A DNA stretch of 34,610 nucleotides, from assembly GCA_041166685.1 (NCBI GenBank), contig JBEEGD010000242.1, positions 1 to 34,610 of the forward strand. The letters run 5' to 3'. Below the pieces are notes generated by a model that was not told where the DNA came from, did no database searches, and saw only the letters and a program-made list of their open reading frames with translations. The stretch is from Acidimicrobiaceae bacterium. Its GTDB lineage: Bacteria > Actinomycetota > Acidimicrobiia > Acidimicrobiales > JACDCH01. Each line of letters opens with the position of its first letter. The stretch's first letter is position 1. Below are positions 26,252-33,916 of this stretch, in pieces. A program made the translations under genes and the position numbers.

Positions 26252-27016
26252 TCAGATGATGTTGATGTTGTCGAGCACGGCACAAGCCAAGTCGGCGTCG
26301 CCATCGATGGTGACGTCGAAGTCGCGCCACGGGCGGCGCGCGGTACCCCAGATCACGAAGTCGTGCGCTGAGGAACGGATCGTGGCCGCGAACGTACCGT
26401 CCCCACCCAGGGTGAGTGAGGCGGCACCGGGGCCCGCGAATTCGAGCCGCACGGGTGCGGTGACGGCTTTTTCGAGCGCGGCCGCGTTCATCTGCGGCAG
26501 GCCGGCGAGCATCCAATCCATCACGGGAGTCAGGCGGAGGTCGTCGCTCGGAGCAGGTGGACGGTCGATGGGTCCGGTGGGTCGCAGGATGTCGACTCGT
26601 AGGTGGCAGTAGTGATCGAATGCGAACGCGTTCGCGAGCAGGTGCATCGGATGCGATCCGAGGTTCTTCAACGCGATCTCGGTCGAAGCCATGGGCTCCT
26701 GCTGCAGACCGGTCAGGGCTTCGATGGTTTGCGCACTGATCGCTTCGTAGTCCTCGAGCACCTGCGCCGGTGTCCAGTCCTTCCTCGGCGCGACGGCGAC
26801 CTCCATGTCTTGTTCGACATCGCCGCTGTCGCTCGCTGGCACCGACGCCGGATCGACGACTTGGCGCATGGCCGTCGTCATGTGAGCAATGACGTCTTGA
26901 ACTCGCCACCCCGCACAATCGCTCGGAGCGGCCCACTCCTCGGGCGACAAGCTCCTCGCGACGGTCAGAAGTTCCTCTCGATCAGCCCGAAGCGCATCGA
27001 TCGCCTGTTGGGTCAT
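26252..27016 (-). CDS. Maleylpyruvate isomerase (MDMPI/DinB)-family protein
   Basis: EEWAAPSDCAGWRVQDVIAH...DHYCH..DI; ATG 27016 preceded by a GGGAGG SD. Confidence 0.85.
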   Translation of the reverse strand: MTQQAIDALRADREELLTVARSLSPEEWAAPSDCAGWRVQDVIAHMTTAMRQVVDPASVPASDSGDVEQDMEVAVAPRKDWTPAQVLEDYEAISAQTIEALTGLQQEPMASTEIALKNLGSHPMHLLANAFAFDHYCHLRVDILRPTGPIDRPPAPSDDLRLTPVMDWMLAGLPQMNAAALEKAVTAPVRLEFAGPGAASLTLGGDGTFAATIRSSAHDFVIWGTARRPWRDFDVTIDGDADLACAVLDNINII

Positions 27017-27104
27017 GACCCACCCCTCCCACAAAAACATGGTCGACCGCTGGCCATCGAGCTTATGGTGTGGTCTCCGGGTCGAGCGAAGGAGGGCAGG
27101 TCCT

Positions 27105-27146
27105 ATGACGGTTGTTACCTGCTCCCGCTGGCCCACGCGCTCCTGA
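27105..27146 (+). promoter_or_regulatory. Putative leader peptide (MTVVTCSRWPTRS) of a translational attenuator
   Basis: AAGGAGG at 27089-95, 9 nt before ATG 27105; stop TGA 27144-46; alternative pairings downstream cover the kinase SD. Confidence 0.55.
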
Positions 27147-27203
27147 CTCAGTAGCGGTCCCGCTGGCGGGTTCCCCGCACACGTTCGGACAAAGGAGCCC
27201 TCG

Positions 27204-27977
27204 TTGGCGCGCGCAATCCCTGAATGGGTCATCACCGAGGATTTCGACGATGTCGACCTCGGGGTGATCGCCACTGGCAAAGAAGGCGAGGTCGGTCTGG
27301 TCGAGCGCACCGCGCACGACGGCATTCGATCGCATCTCATGGCTCGCAAGCGGTACCGACCACGAAAGGTCAAGAAGGGCGAGCTCCAAGCGCTTGGCTT
27401 CGAGCGAGCCCCCACGTTCCGCAACGACATCATGTACCGCGACGGTCGTAACTACGGGCGTCGCAGCCGTGACCGTCGCGCGGTCGAGGCAATGACCGGG
27501 TACGGGAAAGAACTCGTGAAGCAGAAGTGGCTGGGTCACGAGTTCGAGGTGATGCGAGCGGCATGGGAACTAGGAGCGTCGGTTCCATTCCCGATCGGCT
27601 ACGCCGACGATGGGGGACTCCTCCTCGAGTACATCGGCGACGACGTGCAGGCCGCACCGCGCGTGGCGCAGGCCCGTCTCTCGAAACCCGAGTTGGTTGA
27701 TGCCTGGTCGCAACTGTGCGACAACATCCGCCTCGTTGCTGAGGCGGGCTATGCGCACGCCGACCTCTCGGCGTACAACGCGCTGTGGTGGAAGGGGCAG
27801 CTGTGGCTGATCGACTTCCCGCAAGCGGTCGATCTGGTCCAGAGCCCGCACGGCTTCGATCTGCTGCACCGCGACGCGCTGAACGTGGGCACATGGTTCA
27901 CGTCGAAGGGCGTCGACGCCGACGGTGAGGCGTTGTTCGCCGAGCTCGTCGCGGTGGCTACTACCGCCCGCCGGTGA
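27204..27977 (+). CDS. RIO1-family kinase/ATPase
   Basis: GVIATGKEGEV, ARKRY, HADLSAYN, IDFPQAV; TTG start with AAAGGAG SD. Confidence 0.9.
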   Translation: MARAIPEWVITEDFDDVDLGVIATGKEGEVGLVERTAHDGIRSHLMARKRYRPRKVKKGELQALGFERAPTFRNDIMYRDGRNYGRRSRDRRAVEAMTGYGKELVKQKWLGHEFEVMRAAWELGASVPFPIGYADDGGLLLEYIGDDVQAAPRVAQARLSKPELVDAWSQLCDNIRLVAEAGYAHADLSAYNALWWKGQLWLIDFPQAVDLVQSPHGFDLLHRDALNVGTWFTSKGVDADGEALFAELVAVATTARR

Positions 27978-28057
27978 ATCGAGCGAGCACGAAGTGCGAG
28001 CGATTAGAGATACAGCAGCTGCCGCTTGCGGCGGCGTTCAGCGAGCCGGCGTTGCTG
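27977..28057. other. Structured intergenic element between convergent genes
   Basis: AATCG..GCAC-GAA-GTGC..CGATT hairpin, then a CAGCAGC/GTTGCTG stem enclosing GCCG-CTTG-CGGC. Confidence 0.5.
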
Positions 28058-28058
28058 A

Positions 28059-28964
28059 CTACTTTGCGGCAGAAGACCCGCCGGTGAGCTGGATTGCGGA
28101 CTTGATGTAGCCACCGGCGGCCCGCACCTGTGCGCTCCACGGCTCGACAATGCCGAGCAGCTCTTCGACGTCGTCGCCCAGCGCTTCGATTGCGGGTCGC
28201 GTCTGACGATCGGTGGCGCGCTCGACGGCCTCGCGCGCGGCCCGGCCTTCCTCCGTGAACTGGTGGTCCTTCAACAAACCGCGCGCTTCGAGTCGGGCCT
28301 CAGCGGCGTCGAGTTGGGCGTCGCTCCAGGCCCTGCTGCGGATGTACGTCCTCAACGGGATGCCGATGAACAACTCAGTCAGCAAGCCGATCTCGGTCGC
28401 GTCGAATCCGGCTGACGTCCACGCCGCGGTGTGGGCATCGCCGCGGAACTCGCGCAGCTGATCGCCCTGCCGCCAGAAGTTGCCGATCGGGTCGCCGGGC
28501 ATCCCCTGGGCGAGCACTCCTGAGTACAGCGGCCGGCCCTCGGGGCGGAGCGGTTCGACCGCCTTGGCGAAGAGTTCGTTGGCGCGATCGATGCCATCGG
28601 GCTTCTCGCCCAAGATGCGCTCGAGCTGCGCGACTGCACCGCGCGTCCGCGCCTCGCAGATGGTGGGCGCATTCGTCAGCGTCCAACCCTGTTGCACACA
28701 TGGCACGACGATCTCGGGGTTGAACACGGCGAAGGCCGACGCCACCAGCTCGCCGGGAACGTGGCCCAGGAGCGAGCCCCTGCTCGTGAAGTAGGCGGGG
28801 CCGTCAGGCATCGCGACGCCGTCGATCGACGCGGGACTGGCGGCGAAGCCGAGGGCTTCGTATTCCGCATGGCACTCGGGCGAGAAGTACACCTGGCCCA
28901 CAACCGGTTCGATGGCGTTGGCCAGCCGGCGCGCCCTGTCGCTCACTTCTTCGTCTCGCAGCAC
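28059..28964 (-). CDS. SCO6745-like actinobacterial conserved protein
   Basis: ARRLANAIEP...YFSPE, YFTSRGSLLG, FAVFNP, LREFRGDAH, RAWSD. GTG start 6 nt after TACCAT. Confidence 0.82.
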   Translation of the reverse strand: MLRDEEVSDRARRLANAIEPVVGQVYFSPECHAEYEALGFAASPASIDGVAMPDGPAYFTSRGSLLGHVPGELVASAFAVFNPEIVVPCVQQGWTLTNAPTICEARTRGAVAQLERILGEKPDGIDRANELFAKAVEPLRPEGRPLYSGVLAQGMPGDPIGNFWRQGDQLREFRGDAHTAAWTSAGFDATEIGLLTELFIGIPLRTYIRSRAWSDAQLDAAEARLEARGLLKDHQFTEEGRAAREAVERATDRQTRPAIEALGDDVEELLGIVEPWSAQVRAAGGYIKSAIQLTGGSSAAK

Positions 28965-28986
28965 GGCGGGATGGTATGCCGTTTCC

Positions 28987-29877
28987 ATGCGGCGGACCGC
29001 CCCGACCCTCGACGCGGTCCTCCTCGGCATCGCAGTGCTGGCAGTGTCCACGTCGGGTCCGCTGTCCAGGGAGGCTGGTGCACCCACCATGGCGGTCGCG
29101 TTGTGGCGTACCGCGCTCGGCAGCGCGGTCATCGTGCCGTTCGCGCTTCTCCGACGTCGCACCGAGCTTCAGTCGCTGCGCCGAGACCAGGTGCGCACCG
29201 CAGCCATCGGCGGCATCTTCCTCGCGTGCCACTTCGGTACCTGGATCCCGAGCCTCTCGTTCACGTCGGTCGCGTCGTCGGTGGCGCTGACCTGCACGCA
29301 GCCGGTGTGGGCCGCGCTGATGGCGCGGGTGCGCGGCGAGCACATCGCGACCGGCGCGTGGGTTGGCATCGGTGTCGCGCTCGTCGGTGCGCTGATGCTG
29401 ACGGGAATCGACTTCACCCTCTCGGGCCGAGCGTTGTTCGGCGACGGCCTCGCTCTGGCGGGTGGGGTCTTCGGCGCTGCGTACGTGACCGTGGGGGCCG
29501 ATGCGCGACGGTCGATGTCGACCACGGCGTACACGTCCGTGTGCTATCCGGTCGCGGCGATACTGCTGCTCGTGGCGTGCCTCGTCGGGCGCCAGAACCT
29601 CACGAGCTACTCGGCTCACACCTGGTGGATCCTCGTGGCCATCACCGTGGGTCCTCAGCTGCTCGGCCACTCGCTCATCAATCGAGTCCTACGCGCCATC
29701 ACTGCGACCGTGGTGTCAGTGGCCACCCTGTTCGAGATCGTCGGAGCGACGCTCATCGCGTGGTGGTGGTTCGGCGAGACGCCGTCGGGAGGTGCCTATC
29801 CAGCCGCGGTACTCATCGCGATCGGCGTCGTGCTGGTGGTGCGGACAAGTACGGCCCCCGCGCCCGCCGTCGAGTGA
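28987..29877 (+). CDS. DMT/EamA-family transporter
   Basis: About 10 TM helices; HFGTWIPSL, TSVASS, GDGLAL, PQLLGHSLIN. Confidence 0.9.
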   Translation: MRRTAPTLDAVLLGIAVLAVSTSGPLSREAGAPTMAVALWRTALGSAVIVPFALLRRRTELQSLRRDQVRTAAIGGIFLACHFGTWIPSLSFTSVASSVALTCTQPVWAALMARVRGEHIATGAWVGIGVALVGALMLTGIDFTLSGRALFGDGLALAGGVFGAAYVTVGADARRSMSTTAYTSVCYPVAAILLLVACLVGRQNLTSYSAHTWWILVAITVGPQLLGHSLINRVLRAITATVVSVATLFEIVGATLIAWWWFGETPSGGAYPAAVLIAIGVVLVVRTSTAPAPAVE

Positions 29878-29895
29878 CTGCCGTTGGCTCAGGGA

Positions 29896-30259
29896 GTGTG
29901 CGGGGGCCGCAGAACCTTTCGGCTTCGCTCGCGGGCTACGTCTTCGCCGCAAGAACCTGCGGCCCCCGCACACGGGTTTGGCCACCAATGTTTTAGGGGG
30001 TGGTGCCGACCTCGGCGCGTTGAGCGCCGAGCCCGGCCGCCTCATCACACCCCGACGGCGCGAGGCGCGGTTTTCGTTCGACGAAGACGGCTCAGCCCCA
30101 CGCGTTCTTTGACGGCGCGCAGCGGTCGGTTTCGGTGCTCAATGCGCCGGAACCGACATCACACTCAAAAAGAGAATGATCAAACCCGGGGGAGGGTGGC
30201 CGCACGTTCATCGGCGGAGACGAGCTTGCGAGCGCAGCCGAGGGTTGTGCGGTCGCCCT
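29896..30259. repeat. Non-coding element of two diverged, inverted ~140-nt structured arms (29896-30040 and 30122-30259)
   Basis: The arms align as reverse complements and each forms the same three hairpins with compensatory substitutions; see findings. Confidence 0.8.
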
Positions 30260-30288
30260 GGACGGACGTGAGCTCGCCGTTACGGTTG

Positions 30289-30471
30289 TCAGGCGACGGG
30301 GACGGCGATGTCGGTGCGCAGGACCTCGAGCACCTGGACATGGCTTCCGAACCGCTCGCGGCCGGTGTGCAGTGCTGTCCGCTCCGCGGTCAGCGCATCA
30401 GCGGCCTCGACTTCGATGGCGGCAATCCGTCCCGAAGGCAACACATCTACGACGCACAAGTAGGTCTTCAT
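30289..30471 (-). CDS. Small hypothetical protein (60 aa)
   Basis: MKTYLCVVDVLPSGRIAAIEVEAADALTAERTALHTGRERFG...; beta-beta-alpha-beta-like pattern, purine-rich upstream region, own sigma-28-like promoter. Confidence 0.55.
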   Translation of the reverse strand: MKTYLCVVDVLPSGRIAAIEVEAADALTAERTALHTGRERFGSHVQVLEVLRTDIAVPVA

Positions 30472-30489
30472 CGCCCCGTTTCCGTCCCT

Positions 30490-33072
30490 TCAACTCGCTT
30501 CAAGGATCGGCCTTGCCGCCGAAGACCTTGAGGGGGCAATTCGGACTACCGGCTCCGCCGCGGGCTGCCCGAAGAAGAATCCTTGAGCCTGGTCGCAGCC
30601 GAGCTCTCGCAGTCGATCGGCTTGCGCCGGCTGCTCGACGCCCTCGGCGACTGTCGTGACCCGCAGCACCTGGGCGAGGTGCAGGATCGCTTTCACGAAG
30701 CTCTCGCCTTCCAGGTCGACCGCAACGTTGTCGATGAACGACTTGTCGATCTTCAGGACGTCGACGGGGAAGCTCCGCAGGTAGCTCAGCGACGAGTAGC
30801 CGGTGCCGAAGTCGTCCAGAGCAATGCGGACACCCAACGCCCTCAGGGCGTTCAGTTGGCGGACAGCGAGGGCCGTGTCCTCCATGAGGACGCTCTCGGT
30901 GATCTCGAGCGTCAACTGGCGGGCTTCGATGCCGCTATGGCCGACGATGTCGGTCACCACGGCGACGAAGCTCGGATCGAACAGCTGGCGAGCCGAGATG
31001 TTGACGCTCATCTCGATCGGCTTTCCGTCCGGACCGGGCTGCCAGCGTGCGGCGGCCGCGCACGCCTCCTGCAACACCCAAGCGCCGATCGGGATGATGA
31101 GCCCCGTGTCCTCGGCCGTGGGTACGAACTCCATCGGCGCGACAAGTCCACGAGTGGGGTGCTGCCACCGCACGAGCGCCTCAACGCCGGCGACCTGGCC
31201 AGTCCCGAGGGCAACGAGAGGTTGGTAGTGCAGGACCAGCTCGCGTCGATCGATCGCCGTTCGCAGTGCAGCCTCGAGCTCGAGACGAGCGAGGGCGGCG
31301 TCATGCATTCCTCGCTCGAACACCCGCCAGGAGCCGGCGCCACTGGATTTTGCCGCGTACATCGCCGCGTCCGCGTTCCGGATCAACTCGTCGGCCGTCG
31401 TCGAGCCCTCACGATGAACCAGGATGCCGACGCTTGCCCGAATCGCGACATCTCGCCCGGAGAGCCGGAAGGGCGCGCTGAGCTCGTCGATGATCCTGTT
31501 GGCAAGGCCTGTGGCTTCCGAGACACTGGCCACGTCTTCGACGAGGATGACGAATTCGTCGCCCCCGAGCCGCGCTGCAGTGTCGCCCGGTTGCAGGCAG
31601 CGCAAGATGCGCTCGCCTACTGCGACGAGCAGCTCATCACCGGTGCTGTGCCCGAGGCTGTCGTTGATCGTCTTGAAACGATCAAGGTCGAGCAGGAGGA
31701 TGGCGATGCCGCGTCCGCGATGGCGGGGCACGGTGAGCGCGTGCTCGACGCGGTCAGTGAAGAGCGGCCGGTTGGCCAGGCTCGTCAATGGGTCGTGGAA
31801 CGCCTGGTGACGTAGCTGTTCTTCGAGCGCGTTCTGGTCGGTCACGTCGTGGACCGCGACCAGCACGGCGTCGCGACCGGCGAAGGTCAACCGATGGGAG
31901 GTGATGTCGACATCGATGAGCCGTCCGTCCTTCAACTGGTGTCGCCATACACCAGCCATCTCGAGTGCCGGCCGAGCCTCTTCAAGTGCCAACAGGAGTG
32001 ATGGCACGTCCTCGGCCGGCCGGATGTCGGTGATGGTCTTCGACAGGAACTCGTCGCGCGTGTATCCGTAGTGCCTGACCGCGGCGTCGTTGACTTCGAG
32101 GAACTCGAGTGTCGCCAGGTCGTAGACCCACATCGGGCGGGGGTTGGCGGCAAAGAGCATGCGGAAGCTGGATTCGCTGTCGGCCAGCGCGGTGGCCGCT
32201 CGTCGTTGGTCCGTGATGTCGTGGCTGTTGCACACGAACCCATTGACGCTTGGCTCGTGGAGCAGACTGCGGATCGCTGTCGAGCACCAGCGCCAACTGC
32301 CGTCGACACGACGGACGCGAACCTCGAGGCGGACGATCGAATCGGGCTGCTCGCGGAGGTGAGCCATGCCTTCGGCGAGCACGCGACGATCGTCAGGATG
32401 GACGCGATCGGCGGCGTAGGTGCCGACTCGCTCGTCGGGCCGGTAGCCGAGAACGTCGGTGATGGGCGGACTCTCGTACGTGATGACGCCGTCCTCTCGA
32501 ACAACCGTGATCACATCGGCCGCGTGGCCCACCAACGCGCGGAATCGCGCTTCGCTGGAACGGACTTGTTGTTCCGACGCTCGCACTCGGCTGGACACCC
32601 ACGCCACGGTCTCGCCCATCAGCAAGATCGTTGGGACCGCGTACGCCGTCGATTCCAGGCCCGGTGAACCGTGACCCCCGACGATGACGAGAGGAGCGAG
32701 ATAGGTGAGCGTCAGCAGCGGCGCGAACCGGATCGACATTCCGGGGCGGTGACCAAGGCCGAGCCAGATGAAGATGACCATGTAGAAGAGGCCGTAGCGG
32801 AAGCCGTCGGCGTGTGTGGCCACGTTGTGGGCCACCACGCAGACCAGGGCAAGGGGCATCAACCAGAGGGTCGCCGAGCGCTGCCACCGCTGCCATGGGA
32901 GCAGGCCGATGACGACCCCGCATCCGAGCGCCAGGACGCCCACGCCTTCGACAGCGAGCGCACTCGATCCCGGCGAGGGAGGAAGGAACGCGGCCCCGGT
33001 GACTACGAGCGCGCCGCAGAGCAGGAACAACGCACTCGACAGTCGCCCGAGCGCCCTCGGCGAAAGAAACAC
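30490..33072 (-). CDS. Membrane PAS-PAS-GGDEF-EAL diguanylate cyclase/phosphodiesterase
   Basis: N-terminal TMs, two PAS/PAC domains, HDPLTSLANR, RLGGDEF, EALVRW, DDFGTGYSS, AEGVE. GTG 33072 preferred as start (track start is 33129). Confidence 0.95.
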   Translation of the reverse strand: MFLSPRALGRLSSALFLLCGALVVTGAAFLPPSPGSSALAVEGVGVLALGCGVVIGLLPWQRWQRSATLWLMPLALVCVVAHNVATHADGFRYGLFYMVIFIWLGLGHRPGMSIRFAPLLTLTYLAPLVIVGGHGSPGLESTAYAVPTILLMGETVAWVSSRVRASEQQVRSSEARFRALVGHAADVITVVREDGVITYESPPITDVLGYRPDERVGTYAADRVHPDDRRVLAEGMAHLREQPDSIVRLEVRVRRVDGSWRWCSTAIRSLLHEPSVNGFVCNSHDITDQRRAATALADSESSFRMLFAANPRPMWVYDLATLEFLEVNDAAVRHYGYTRDEFLSKTITDIRPAEDVPSLLLALEEARPALEMAGVWRHQLKDGRLIDVDITSHRLTFAGRDAVLVAVHDVTDQNALEEQLRHQAFHDPLTSLANRPLFTDRVEHALTVPRHRGRGIAILLLDLDRFKTINDSLGHSTGDELLVAVGERILRCLQPGDTAARLGGDEFVILVEDVASVSEATGLANRIIDELSAPFRLSGRDVAIRASVGILVHREGSTTADELIRNADAAMYAAKSSGAGSWRVFERGMHDAALARLELEAALRTAIDRRELVLHYQPLVALGTGQVAGVEALVRWQHPTRGLVAPMEFVPTAEDTGLIIPIGAWVLQEACAAAARWQPGPDGKPIEMSVNISARQLFDPSFVAVVTDIVGHSGIEARQLTLEITESVLMEDTALAVRQLNALRALGVRIALDDFGTGYSSLSYLRSFPVDVLKIDKSFIDNVAVDLEGESFVKAILHLAQVLRVTTVAEGVEQPAQADRLRELGCDQAQGFFFGQPAAEPVVRIAPSRSSAARPILEAS
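30504..30532 (-). promoter_or_regulatory. Putative sigma-28/WhiG-type promoter inside the GGDEF-EAL 3' end
   Basis: Minus strand CTCAAG-N15-GCCGATCC, about 30 nt upstream of ATG 30471. Confidence 0.55.
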
Positions 33073-33154
33073 TTCGATCTCTCTACATCGGTCTATCGAC
33101 CAGACGAAATGACCCTGTTCACGCGCCACTTTCGATGATTATCGTCGTCCACCG

Positions 33155-33916
33155 GTGCATGACCGGCTCGAACAGCTCGCGGTGGACCTCGAACGGGACG
33201 GGTACGCGGTCGTACCCGACGTCCTCACCGGCGCGGAGATCGATGCCGTGCGGGCGGGCCTCGCCCCTTCGTTCGCCGAGGGTTTCCGCGGGCGGAATCC
33301 GTTCGAGGGCTACGAGACCCAGCGGGTGTATTGCCTCGTGGCCAAGTCGCGGGCCTTCGACCGGCTGATCCTCGACCCGTTGATGCTGTCGATCGGCGAG
33401 AGGGTGCTCGGGCCGAACTTCCTTTTGACGGCGACGCTGGCCATCAAGCTCGAACCGGGGGAGTCCGCGCAGGACTTCCACTACGACGACATCTTCTACC
33501 GGTTGTCGCGTCCCCGCCCGACGTTCTCGCTGAGCACGCTGTGGGCCATCGACCCATTCACCTCCGACAACGGCGCCACCCTGATCTATCCGGGCAGTCA
33601 TCGCTGGGGCGACGATCGCACGGCCGAGCTACCCGAAGTCGTCACCGCCACGATGTCTCCGGGCTCGGTGCTCGTGTACTACGGCACACTCGTGCATGCG
33701 GGAGGCGCGAACACGTCGACGAGTGACCGGCTTGGCATCTCGATCCAGTACGCCACCGCATGGGCTCGCCAGCAGGAGAACTTCATGATGGCGCTCGGGG
33801 TCGAGGGCGCCCGCGAGTTGCCGCCTCGGCTGCAAGAGCTGATCGGCTACAGCATCCACCCGCCCTTCATGGGAATGATCGACGGACGTCACCCGAGAAA
33901 GCTGTTGATCGATTGA
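33155..33916 (+). CDS. Phytanoyl-CoA dioxygenase (PhyH)-family Fe(II)/2OG enzyme
   Basis: RDGYAVV, HxD (FHYDD), NGAT..PGSH, distal His (LVHAGGAN) and Arg, RQQEN. Confidence 0.9.
   Translation: MHDRLEQLAVDLERDGYAVVPDVLTGAEIDAVRAGLAPSFAEGFRGRNPFEGYETQRVYCLVAKSRAFDRLILDPLMLSIGERVLGPNFLLTATLAIKLEPGESAQDFHYDDIFYRLSRPRPTFSLSTLWAIDPFTSDNGATLIYPGSHRWGDDRTAELPEVVTATMSPGSVLVYYGTLVHAGGANTSTSDRLGISIQYATAWARQQENFMMALGVEGARELPPRLQELIGYSIHPPFMGMIDGRHPRKLLID

Noticed and set aside
29896-30259. c-di-GMP riboswitch, hammerhead ribozyme or tRNA interpretation of the structured element
   Set aside because: No GEMM-type GCAAA/GNRA-receptor arrangement, hammerhead CUGANGA/GAAA core or cloverleaf is visible, and the element lies downstream of both flanking genes.
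29501-30531. ORFs crossing the 29.9-30.3 kb intergenic region (29501..30112, 29716..30048, 29884..30531)
   Set aside because: Low-complexity Arg/Pro/Ala-rich translations that overlap real genes; the inverted structured arms explain the region better.
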